Of a DNA stretch of 64,000 nt, positions 1 through 8,731 are shown piece after piece. The notes under the pieces are model-generated. The model did not search any database, had not been told where the DNA came from, and was given only the letters and a program-made list of their open reading frames with translations. The stretch spans positions 1,253-65,252 of the forward strand of contig DATJQP010000050.1 in assembly GCA_035505655.1 (NCBI GenBank), given 5' to 3'. The stretch is from Bacteroidota bacterium (GTDB lineage Bacteria; Bacteroidota; Ignavibacteria; UBA10030; UBA8401). The translations under genes were made by a program, and so were the position numbers. Each line of letters opens with the position of its first letter. The stretch's first letter is position 1.

Positions 1-16
1 CGGGGTCGTTATCATG

Positions 17-1711
17 TCAGTACCCTACCGCCTCGCCGTATCCCCGCGGATCGGTTGCTCCCAGGAGGAGATTCTTCTTCCTGTCGAACATGATCCCTTC
101 GACGAGGCCGATCGATCCCTCCCGCATGTGAAGAGTGTATCCCATCCCTCTGAGTTTATCGATGGTGTCCTGGGAAAGGGCGCGCTCTTCGTACTGCAAT
201 TTGTCCGGAAGCCACTGGTGATGGAAGCGGGGAGCGTCGACCGCCTCCTGGATCGTCATACGGAAATCGATGACGTTCATGATCACCTGCGCAACCGTGG
301 TCACAATCGTCGAGCCTCCCGGCGAGCCGAGGACCATGAAGGGCTTTCCATCCTTGAGGACGATCGTCGGCGTCATGGAGCTGAGCATCCTCTTGTTCGG
401 TGCGATGGCGTTGGCGTTCCCGCCGACGAGTCCGTACTCGTTCGGTGCTCCGGGCTTCGAGCTGAAGTCGTCCATCTCGTCGTTGAGGAGAAACCCGGCC
501 CCCGCCACGACGACCTTCGACCCGAAAGGATCGTTGAGGGTCGTCGTCACGCTGACGCAATTTCCCCATCGGTCGACGACCGAAAAATGCGTCGTGTGGT
601 TCCCCTCGGGATGCGGTTGGACGCCGTGACCGACCTGATCGCTCGGCGTGGCGCTCATGGAGTCGATCGACCTTCGCAGAACCTCGGCGTACGGCTTCGA
701 GACGAGCCATTGGACCGGGACTTTGACAAAATCCGGATCGCCGAGATACTCCGCCCGGTCGGCGTAAACCCGCCGCATCGCTTCGGCGATCCAATGGACC
801 GTCTTCGACGAGTTCCAGCTGTACTCTCCAAACCGGCATCCTTCGAGGATGTTGAGGAGCTGGACAAGCCCCACTCCTCCGGCGCTTGGCGGACCGACGG
901 AGATGATTTCGTATCCCCGGTAGTTTCCTTTCACCGGTTCCCGGATGACGGAAGAGTAGTCTTCAAGATCCTTCATCGTGATGAGGCCGCCCCCTCTTTT
1001 CATTTCTGCAACGATGAGCTTCGCGGTCTCTCCCTTGTAGAAACCGTCCCGTCCCTTTTCCCTGATCCGCTTCAGTGTCTTTGCAAGGTCCGGTTGGCGG
1101 AGGAGATCCCCTTCCTTGAACGGCTTGCCGTTTTTCGTAAAGATCTTCTTTGAACTCCTGTACGCCGAGAATTCGGGGACCATCCTCTCGAGGTCTTCCG
1201 CAAGCCGGTAGTGGAGGTGATATCCCTTTTCCGCCAGCTCGATGGCCGGCTTCAGAACCTGGGCCCGGCTGAGCCGCCCGTAGCGGCGTTCGGCATACAT
1301 CATCCCGGCCACGGATCCCGGAACGCCGCACGCGAGGTGCCCGCGGGTGCTCTTCTGTTCGATGACGTTCCCGTTTTTATAGAGGAACATGTCGCGGGTC
1401 GCTGCGGCGGGAGCGGTCTCACGATAGTCGAGGCTCTTCACCGTCCCGTCGGCAAAGCGCATAAGCATGAACCCGCCTCCGCCGAGATTGCCGGCTCCCG
1501 GGTAGGTGACGGAAAGGGCGAATCCCACCGCGACAGCCGCGTCGACGGCATTTCCCCCCTCTCGAAGGATTTTCAGTCCGACGTTTGCGGCAGTCGGATC
1601 GGCGGCCACAACCATCCCCTTCTTCGCCCGGACCGGATCTTTCGAGGCGGCCGGTAGGAGGCCTGTGAGAAGGAGAAAAAGGAGCAGTGCGGTGAGCGCT
1701 GTGCGCTTCAT
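17..1711 (-). CDS. ggt: gamma-glutamyltransferase (564 aa) with signal peptide
   Basis: Full-length ORF; N-terminal signal peptide; typical GGT regions (GGGGFML, catalytic Thr region TTHFSVVD, DEMDDF, GSPGGS). Confidence 0.9.
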   Translation of the reverse strand: MKRTALTALLLFLLLTGLLPAASKDPVRAKKGMVVAADPTAANVGLKILREGGNAVDAAVAVGFALSVTYPGAGNLGGGGFMLMRFADGTVKSLDYRETAPAAATRDMFLYKNGNVIEQKSTRGHLACGVPGSVAGMMYAERRYGRLSRAQVLKPAIELAEKGYHLHYRLAEDLERMVPEFSAYRSSKKIFTKNGKPFKEGDLLRQPDLAKTLKRIREKGRDGFYKGETAKLIVAEMKRGGGLITMKDLEDYSSVIREPVKGNYRGYEIISVGPPSAGGVGLVQLLNILEGCRFGEYSWNSSKTVHWIAEAMRRVYADRAEYLGDPDFVKVPVQWLVSKPYAEVLRRSIDSMSATPSDQVGHGVQPHPEGNHTTHFSVVDRWGNCVSVTTTLNDPFGSKVVVAGAGFLLNDEMDDFSSKPGAPNEYGLVGGNANAIAPNKRMLSSMTPTIVLKDGKPFMVLGSPGGSTIVTTVAQVIMNVIDFRMTIQEAVDAPRFHHQWLPDKLQYEERALSQDTIDKLRGMGYTLHMREGSIGLVEGIMFDRKKNLLLGATDPRGYGEAVGY

Positions 1712-3006
1712 TCTGTGTTCTCCGCCGGTCGCTGAATGTCTGCGAGGACGTAGAGGATCCTGTTCCTTGCCACCCGCTGGACCGTGAAAAGGATGTTTTG
1801 ATACTGGACGGTATCACGCTCCTTTGGCACTCTGCCCAGGAGCTGAAAAATAAAACCGGCGAGCGTGTCGTATCCGGAGTCTTCGTTGTAGAGTTTCTTC
1901 CCGAGCAACTCCGACGCTTCGGCAATGCCGATGGCGGCATTGAACCGGTACGAGTGCTCGCTCAACTTCAAGGCGTTCGCCTCGTGGACGGCGTATTCGT
2001 CCGAGATCTCCCCGACAATCGCGCGGACGACATTCTGGAATGTCACAATACCCGCCGTCCCGCCGTACTCGTCGACGACGACTGCGATGCGGGTCTTCTT
2101 CTCCTGGAATTCCTTCAGCAGATCCTCGACCTTCTTGCTTTCGGGAACAAAGAGGGGCTCCCGGGCAAGCTTGAGCACTTCGAGCGGTTTGCGGGGCTGT
2201 TTCTCGTAGAGAAACGGCAGGACGTCCTTCGCGTAGAGAATTCCTCTGATGTTGTCGACCGACTCGGCGAAGACCGGGATTCTCGAATGCTTCTTCGAGA
2301 CAAAGAGGTTGACGAGCTCGTCGAACGTCTTCGGCGAGCTGTCGATCGCCACCATGTCCGGCCTCGGCGTCATGACTTCGCGGACGATCGAATCCTTCGC
2401 ATCGACCATCGTGCGGAGGATGCTCCGCTCCTCCTGGTCGATCGCGCCATGCTCGCTCACGACGTCGGCGAGGGTCTTGATCTCCTCCCGCTTCAGCGCG
2501 GTATGACGCTGATGGAGGCCGAGGCGCGGTTCGATGACCGTGATGAGTTTCACGAGCGCAGCGGTAATCGGGGTGAGACAGAGAGAGACGACGTAGAGGG
2601 GGAAGGCAAGGCGGCGCGAGAGCGACACGGGAATCCGGGCCGCGATGACTTTCGGTGTCACCTCGCTCAGGACAATGACGATGAAGGTCACGATGACGAC
2701 TTCCACCCCGATCGAGAGCTGGACGTTCCAGCCGGCATGCTCGGCAATATCGATGGTCAAAAAGGCGAGGAGAACCGCGGCTGCAGTGTTGACAACGGTG
2801 TTCCCGATGAGAATCGTCACCAGGAGATACCGGGGACGCTGGAGGAGCGCGAGGACGTATCTCGACCCCGGCGGCCGCTTCGCCGCAAGCTCCTCAAGCG
2901 CCGAGGGTTGCAGGGAAAAGAGCGCCACCTCGGAGGCCGAAAAGAAGGATGAAAGCGTAAGGAGGCAGAAGATGACGATGCCATCGATGATGATTTCAGA
3001 AAGCAT
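1708..3006 (-). CDS. CNNM/CorC-HlyC family membrane protein (DUF21 TM domain + CBS pair + CorC_HlyC); putative Mg2+/Co2+ transporter or hemolysin-like
   Basis: 432 aa; N-terminal hydrophobic DUF21-like segment, tandem CBS region, C-terminal transporter-associated domain; overlaps ggt start by 4 nt (ATGA) implying operon. Confidence 0.8.
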   Translation of the reverse strand: MLSEIIIDGIVIFCLLTLSSFFSASEVALFSLQPSALEELAAKRPPGSRYVLALLQRPRYLLVTILIGNTVVNTAAAVLLAFLTIDIAEHAGWNVQLSIGVEVVIVTFIVIVLSEVTPKVIAARIPVSLSRRLAFPLYVVSLCLTPITAALVKLITVIEPRLGLHQRHTALKREEIKTLADVVSEHGAIDQEERSILRTMVDAKDSIVREVMTPRPDMVAIDSSPKTFDELVNLFVSKKHSRIPVFAESVDNIRGILYAKDVLPFLYEKQPRKPLEVLKLAREPLFVPESKKVEDLLKEFQEKKTRIAVVVDEYGGTAGIVTFQNVVRAIVGEISDEYAVHEANALKLSEHSYRFNAAIGIAEASELLGKKLYNEDSGYDTLAGFIFQLLGRVPKERDTVQYQNILFTVQRVARNRILYVLADIQRPAENTE

Positions 3007-3048
3007 GGGCCCTTTGGCGACGGATCGGAAAACGGAGGACGTCCATGA

Positions 3049-3074
3049 ACAAAAGAGCCCCGCCGCAGCGGGGC
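3049..3074 (-). terminator. putative intrinsic terminator of ssb (GCCCCGC-tgcg-GCGGGGC followed by TCTTTTGTT on minus strand)
   Basis: 7-bp GC stem with 4-nt loop about 40 nt downstream of ssb stop, followed by U-rich tract in the ssb sense. Confidence 0.5.
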
Positions 3075-3114
3075 CTGTTGAAATGTACGAAGGAATCGCG
3101 ACCTTTTCAAACGG

Positions 3115-3528
3115 TCAGAAGGGAAGATCGTTGTCCTTCGTCGAAACGGTTTCGGTGCTGGGGGCTTCGGGCTCACTTCCGCCGTTCGACGAGCGCGGTC
3201 CGCCGTCGAGCATGATCATCTGATCCGCGACGATCTCGGTGATGTATTTCTTTACTCCGTCCTTTTCGTAGTTGCGGGTCTGCAGACGCCCCTCGATGTA
3301 GATCCGCTTCCCCTTTTTCAGCCATTCTCCGCAGATCTCCGCGAGTTTCCTCCAGGCGACGATGTTATGCCACTCGGTCTTTTCCTGCACGTTCCCCTCC
3401 TGATCCTTCCACGAGTCGGTCGTAGCCATGGAGAACGTCGCTACCGCGACGCCTGCGCTGGTATATTTCAGTTCGGGATCCTTCCCCAAGTTCCCGATGA
3501 GCTGTACCTTGTTTAAGCTCTTCGACAT
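3115..3528 (-). CDS. ssb: single-stranded DNA-binding protein
   Basis: 137 aa; OB-fold SSB N-terminal region (KVQLIGNLGKDPEL...WHNIVAWRKLAE), Gly/Ser-rich linker and acidic C-terminal tail DNDLPF. Confidence 0.9.
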   Translation of the reverse strand: MSKSLNKVQLIGNLGKDPELKYTSAGVAVATFSMATTDSWKDQEGNVQEKTEWHNIVAWRKLAEICGEWLKKGKRIYIEGRLQTRNYEKDGVKKYITEIVADQMIMLDGGPRSSNGGSEPEAPSTETVSTKDNDLPF

Positions 3529-3724
3529 AAAGCCCCCTTAAAAAATATCGTGAATAAACAGTGAATTAGACGGCATGTAAAACATACGAGAAACCGGGGG
3601 AAAAATCAAGTGCAGAAAGAATACAGAATACCGGAGACAGGAGTCAGAAAAGATAAGAGGTAAGATATAAGAAAGAAGATTTAAGGACGAAGAACTGCTC
3701 GACCGTAGACGGTGCCCCTCAGAT

Positions 3725-3792
3725 ATTGGACTTCGGACTCTCGACCTTGGACCCTGGACTTTCGACTTCGGACCCTGAGCCTCGTTCCGACT
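3725..3792. repeat. degenerate 7-nt periodic repeat (GGACyyy x ~9) in ssb/NHL intergenic region
   Basis: ggacttc ggactct cgacctt ggaccct ggacttt cgacttc ggaccct gagcctc seen directly. Confidence 0.4.
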
Positions 3793-3814
3793 CTTTTCTC
3801 TTACATCTTATATC

Positions 3815-4702
3815 TTACTTCTTGCCTCCCCCGGTTACGAGCACCCGGTGCCGGGTGAGGATGTAGAGGGTCTTCCCGAAGAAGGCGGCGTCGCGGAACT
3901 CGGGCTGCTCCTGAGCACCGATGACGCTCCCGGGCGTGAGAAGAAACTGCTTTGTCCCGTCGAACGAGAACGCTGCGATCCTCCCGGGTCCCGTGACAAT
4001 GACCCCGTTTGATGTGAGGCTCAGGGTGGAATAGAGATCCGCCGTGTCGAGCGGAAACGCGTTCACGAAGTTCGCGTACGTGTCGTACTCGACGACCCGT
4101 TCCTTGTCGAGAACGATGACCTTGCTGTCCGGCGTCACGGCAATATCGCGCGGGTTCGCCAGCGCCCCTTCACCCGCATTGAACCCTCCGAATTCACGTT
4201 CCATGTGCTGAGCCGGGTCGAACTTCAGGATCCGCCGGCCGTCGAATTCCACGACGAACAGCTCTCCCTGGGTGGAAAGGGCCACGGCGCGGGGATAGAA
4301 GGACCCGGTCAGGGCCGGAACGATGTTGTCCGCCGTGAACGATTGGACGAAATTCATCTTCCGGTCAAAACGCTGAACCCGCCTGTTGTTGTAGTCGGCA
4401 ACGTAGACGTTGAGAGCGAAACTCGCTGAGACATCGCTCGGGGAATCGAACTCCAGGTCTCCCCATCCTCTTCCGCCGATCATCTTTGTCTGCTCTCCCG
4501 CGGAAGAGAATTGGAGGAGCTGATTCTTCCCGGCATCAAGGACAAAGAGATCGCCGGAGGCGCTCAGCGACAGGCTCACGGCGTCGTTGAACTCGCCGAA
4601 TTCCCGGTCGACGACGACGGTCGTTTGCCCGGCGAGTTCGACCCACCCCGTGAGGGAGAACGCCGTGAAAAGAAGAATCCGAATGGAGGTTACGGTCACC
4701 AC
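3815..4702 (-). CDS. NHL-repeat (six-bladed beta-propeller) secreted protein
   Basis: 295 aa; N-terminal signal peptide; repeated ~45-aa units with hydrophobic-x-V-x-D motifs typical of NHL repeats; 21 nt downstream of M6 protease gene. Confidence 0.5.
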   Translation of the reverse strand: MVTVTSIRILLFTAFSLTGWVELAGQTTVVVDREFGEFNDAVSLSLSASGDLFVLDAGKNQLLQFSSAGEQTKMIGGRGWGDLEFDSPSDVSASFALNVYVADYNNRRVQRFDRKMNFVQSFTADNIVPALTGSFYPRAVALSTQGELFVVEFDGRRILKFDPAQHMEREFGGFNAGEGALANPRDIAVTPDSKVIVLDKERVVEYDTYANFVNAFPLDTADLYSTLSLTSNGVIVTGPGRIAAFSFDGTKQFLLTPGSVIGAQEQPEFRDAAFFGKTLYILTRHRVLVTGGGKK

Positions 4703-4723
4703 CTTGCACCCGCGTCAGGACGG

Positions 4724-7540
4724 TCAACGAATCAAGAGCATCTTTTTCGCCGACCGGAAGTTGTCCGCCAGAAGTTCGTAGAAGTAGGTCCCGCTCGCGA
4801 GGCGGCTTGCATCGAACGCGAGGGAGTGCTCCCCCGCCCGCATCGGACCGTTCCAGAGGGTCTGAACCGTCCTCCCGGAAACATCGTAGACCCTGAGGAT
4901 CACCTCTCCGTCGTGCGGAACCGCGAACCGGATCGTTGTCGACGGGTTGAAGGGGTTCGGGTAATTGTCATGGAGAACGTAGGCGGAGGGAACGCCAAGC
5001 GACGTCGCGAAATCCGGAACTGCCGTGATTCCGTCGAACCAATTCAGAACGTCCTGCATGGAGGCGGCACGCGTGGCACTCCCGACGGTGCTGTCGTTGA
5101 TCGCTTCAAAGCCAAAGGACCAGTAGATGACCATCGATCCCTTCGCCTGGTCTTTCCACCAAAGGCCTGCGTAGTTCGTGCCGGTCGAGCTGTTCCAACG
5201 GAACGAAGGGTGAGCGGCGGTGGTATCGACGTTGAGTTGGTCGGGGGAGTACTGATTCCCGGCGCCGGCCGAGCCCGAGACACTCAATTTGGACAATTCC
5301 GCGCCGAGGGGATCCGAAGGAACGCCGTACAGCGTCCGGCCGAAAACGACGTTGCTGGACCAGGTCGCATGAAGCAACGTCGAGGTGAGCGGGCTCGCTT
5401 TTTGTGTGAGGTCCTCCGCGATATTCTGACCGGTGAGGAAGAGTTTCCCTCCGTGCTGGACAAATGAGACAAGGCTGTCGACAAGACTATCGGGGATGGT
5501 CTGCGTTTTCCTTCTCCCCGTACACCAGATGATAATGTTCCGTTCGGAGAGAGCCATGTTCGGGAGCGATTGGTCCAGATACCGCGTCTGCTCGAAGTCC
5601 TTCCCTATCGACTGGAGCGCACCGGTGTAGTAGTTGACGATATAGTCGGAAGCCAGCGTGTCCATGTCGACGATCGCGATCGAGGGATATCCGAGGACGA
5701 CGTTGAAGGTCGAGGAAAAAACGTCCTCGGGAGTTTTCACCGTTGCCGTCATCGTGATCGTTTTCGGCTTCGCGGACGCGTTGACGATCAGAGCGGTGGT
5801 AAAGTTGTAGACGGTCGACGAAAGGCCGCCGACCGACAACGCCCTCGATGCCGTGTCGACGACAACGTCGGAGGATGAGCTTGCCAGCGAGATTGTACCG
5901 CCGCTGAGGGCCGTCGGGTAGACGTTCGACAGAGAGATGAGGACGTTCCCCGTTTCACCGGGATCGACTCTGCCGTTCCCGTTGTCCCCCGCCGTCTCAG
6001 CCAGCTTGATCCCCGAGATGCCGATGTAGGACCGGGTGCCGACGTCGAGGTCCGCGGTCATCGTGGTGTCCGATGCGCTGATGCGCCGCACGCCGACATA
6101 CGTCTGCTGGAGGGAATAGTCGCGGCTGTTCGGGTTCGTGTAGCCGTCGAAGGTGTGGTTATTGGAGCTGCCGGGGAACGGATCTCCCGCGTCGCCCCTG
6201 TTCCGGTTGTTATTGAGGTCGCGGTTCCCATCGGCCTGCATGAGGTCGTCGAAGGGATGATTTTCGTTGTCGTTCTGGGTCGTCACCGTGCTGTCAATGT
6301 GATAAATGAGAAGACCCCCGCCCGGCAGGTAGAAGTCGAATGACTCCCTCTGACGGTTCTCGACGAGAAAATACTCCGTCCCTGCTTTTCCCTTGACGTA
6401 GAGCTTATACGCCTGGGCGTGGTGTTCAACATCTTTGATCGGCTGACCGGGCATGTAGGATGAGACAATCGTCGGAGAAATCCACCCAAGAAACTCTTTA
6501 CACCAGGCGCTCATGTGGGCCGGCGTTGCTTCGTGATTTCCATCGCCGCCATATTCCCCCGCCGCCATGAGGCACCAGTTGCCAAGACCCTCGGAGGTGT
6601 AGTCGCGGTCATAGAGGTCCGGGAGCCCGAAGATGTGGCCAAACTCATGGGCGAAGACGCCGATCGCCACGAGCGGGCCGAGGGTATTGTTGCTTCCGGT
6701 CATCTCCGGCTCAAGGGCGTAGTCCCCGTCATAGATGACCGGGAGTCCGTTGTAGGTGTCGTTCGTCTTGTAGTGTCCGTTCGAAAGAATCCTGCTCTTG
6801 TCGAGAATTTTTTCGTTGGGGTCGTTCAACCGCGTCAGGAGACGGTCGCGAATATTCCAGCGATGCGACCAGATGTTGTCGGCCCCGGAGGCCGCGTCGG
6901 CACCGGTGTGGATAACGGCAAGTTGCGGCACATGGGCCCCTTCGGCATCGACGTACTTGACGAACTTCGAGAAATCCACGGTTGAGTCGGCGGCGACGAG
7001 AATGTCGATCGTAAAATCTCGCCCGCCGTAACTGAGACCGTCGCTTCCGCTCGAGCCGTCATCGATGTAGTAGGCTCCCGGCCTCGGAAGAGTGAACCAT
7101 CCCATCGCCTTTCCGGTCATCGTCATCTGACCGTAGGAGATCTCGTTATAGAACTGCGTGACCGTCCCGGTGGAGTTGGGGCCGTCAAAGAGGAGAGCCT
7201 GAAAGGCGCTCACCGCGTACCTGAAATTCGAATCCGAATATTTTCCGAGAAGAACGGGAAAGTTCACGGTGTCTCCGGCGAGAGCGGCGACACGGTCCGG
7301 ACCCAAAAGACGGCGCGCCTGAGCCCTCTCCCTCATCCTCGCAGCCCAGTAACCCTGCGAATACTCTTTCTGGATGGCGTCGAACCGGGGGCGCAATGCC
7401 TCGGGAACGTGCCCGCTCTTCGGCGGGGCGATGGCGTAGGAGAGATCGACGAGTCCCAGGATGAGAAGGAGCAAGATCGCCGTTCGAACCGTGCAAAGTG
7501 GATGCATAGTGATGCCCATGAAGTGCGAAAGCCTCCTCAT
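4724..7540 (-). CDS. M6-family (immune inhibitor A-like) zinc metalloprotease with T9SS type-A C-terminal sorting domain
   Basis: 938 aa; HEFGHIFGLPDLYD zinc-binding motif; signal peptide; C-terminal ~85 aa NYPNPFNPSTTIRF...GTYFYEL...KKMLLIR = Por secretion tail (TIGR04183-like). Start may be 7507 (MHPLCTV signal peptide) rather than 7540. Confidence 0.8.
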   Translation of the reverse strand: MRRLSHFMGITMHPLCTVRTAILLLLILGLVDLSYAIAPPKSGHVPEALRPRFDAIQKEYSQGYWAARMRERAQARRLLGPDRVAALAGDTVNFPVLLGKYSDSNFRYAVSAFQALLFDGPNSTGTVTQFYNEISYGQMTMTGKAMGWFTLPRPGAYYIDDGSSGSDGLSYGGRDFTIDILVAADSTVDFSKFVKYVDAEGAHVPQLAVIHTGADAASGADNIWSHRWNIRDRLLTRLNDPNEKILDKSRILSNGHYKTNDTYNGLPVIYDGDYALEPEMTGSNNTLGPLVAIGVFAHEFGHIFGLPDLYDRDYTSEGLGNWCLMAAGEYGGDGNHEATPAHMSAWCKEFLGWISPTIVSSYMPGQPIKDVEHHAQAYKLYVKGKAGTEYFLVENRQRESFDFYLPGGGLLIYHIDSTVTTQNDNENHPFDDLMQADGNRDLNNNRNRGDAGDPFPGSSNNHTFDGYTNPNSRDYSLQQTYVGVRRISASDTTMTADLDVGTRSYIGISGIKLAETAGDNGNGRVDPGETGNVLISLSNVYPTALSGGTISLASSSSDVVVDTASRALSVGGLSSTVYNFTTALIVNASAKPKTITMTATVKTPEDVFSSTFNVVLGYPSIAIVDMDTLASDYIVNYYTGALQSIGKDFEQTRYLDQSLPNMALSERNIIIWCTGRRKTQTIPDSLVDSLVSFVQHGGKLFLTGQNIAEDLTQKASPLTSTLLHATWSSNVVFGRTLYGVPSDPLGAELSKLSVSGSAGAGNQYSPDQLNVDTTAAHPSFRWNSSTGTNYAGLWWKDQAKGSMVIYWSFGFEAINDSTVGSATRAASMQDVLNWFDGITAVPDFATSLGVPSAYVLHDNYPNPFNPSTTIRFAVPHDGEVILRVYDVSGRTVQTLWNGPMRAGEHSLAFDASRLASGTYFYELLADNFRSAKKMLLIR

Positions 7541-7653
7541 CCGAAGGCCCGGGCGATGATGATTTCACCTGTGTCTCCGGAACGGTGGCATATAACGCAA
7601 ACGCCTCGGCATAGACGAGGCGTTTGCAGAATGTCCCCCTGACCTCCCGGTGC

Positions 7654-8697
7654 TTAGAACCCGATGAGGAGCGACAGGGTGTTGATACCCGAGAAGTATT
7701 GCGTATGTCCGTAGGCGTAATCGAGCTCCGCGCGGACTCCGCCGAGATCGACCGAGGCGCCGGCACCGGCGGTCAGGCCGAAGATCGTCGAGCTCGTCGA
7801 GCTGCTCGCGAGGGGCGAATAGGTGTATCCGACCCGCGCAAAGAAGAGCTGATTGAACGCATACTCACCGCCGAACCGGTACGCGTCCGAGCCGAAGTTG
7901 TTGTTCTCAAAATCGGCAGTGACGATGAAATGGTTGTCGGTGTTGAGGTGGATGTCGTACCCAAGGGCGAGCTCGATCGTCGAAGGAAGCTCGAACGACT
8001 GCGCGACAAACTGCATCGGCACAGCCTGGGCACCCGCGGCCGAATTCTGGGGGACCATATCCTCCTCGAGATCCGGGCCAGAGTACTGCATCTGGCCTCC
8101 GAGGTTCTTTACCGCCACGCCGAGCTTCAATCCAGTGAGCGGCGTCTCGGCCCCGAAGATGTACTTCACGCCTGCGTCGAAGGCGAAGCCGTCGGCAGAG
8201 GTCCGGATGATCTTCTCCGAGACATATTTAGCGGAGAATCCGACCGAGATCCTGTCGGTGAGCTGGCGTGCGTACGTCAACCCGAAGACATCGAAGGCGG
8301 GAGAAAACGTTGCGCCCGTCCCTTCGGGGAGCTCTTCCGTCGTTTGCTGGATGTCCCCGAAGTTCAGGGCTTTGATGCTGAGGGCAAACGATCCGACGCC
8401 CTCCGACGAGAATCCGATTGCGCCGTAGTCGACGCCGATGTCCGCGAAGTAGTTCATATGCGAGAACATGGCCTCGCCGCTTCCCGCAATCTGAGCGAGA
8501 CCGGCGGGGTTCCATTGGATCGCGTCGATCCCTTCGGCGGTGGCGACGGTCGAACCCGAGAGTGCGGTCGACCGCCCGCCGACCGGCAGCAGCAGTTCCT
8601 CTGCGCCGGCAGTTCCTGTTTTACTGTCGTCCCCGGCAACGCAAACAGCTGAGGCGACAATCAGGATAAAGAGAACTTTCAACATATCCTTTTTCAT
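7654..8697 (-). CDS. PorV/PorQ-family T9SS outer-membrane beta-barrel protein (PorV-like cargo shuttle)
   Basis: 347 aa; signal peptide; N-terminal LLLPVGGRSTALSG...IQWNPAGLA motif characteristic of PorV/PorQ family; C-terminal aromatic residue (F); embedded between two T9SS cargo genes. Confidence 0.6.
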   Translation of the reverse strand: MKKDMLKVLFILIVASAVCVAGDDSKTGTAGAEELLLPVGGRSTALSGSTVATAEGIDAIQWNPAGLAQIAGSGEAMFSHMNYFADIGVDYGAIGFSSEGVGSFALSIKALNFGDIQQTTEELPEGTGATFSPAFDVFGLTYARQLTDRISVGFSAKYVSEKIIRTSADGFAFDAGVKYIFGAETPLTGLKLGVAVKNLGGQMQYSGPDLEEDMVPQNSAAGAQAVPMQFVAQSFELPSTIELALGYDIHLNTDNHFIVTADFENNNFGSDAYRFGGEYAFNQLFFARVGYTYSPLASSSTSSTIFGLTAGAGASVDLGGVRAELDYAYGHTQYFSGINTLSLLIGF

Positions 8698-8731
8698 TTC
8701 AATTCTCCTTTTCGTAATTAGGCCTCATCTG

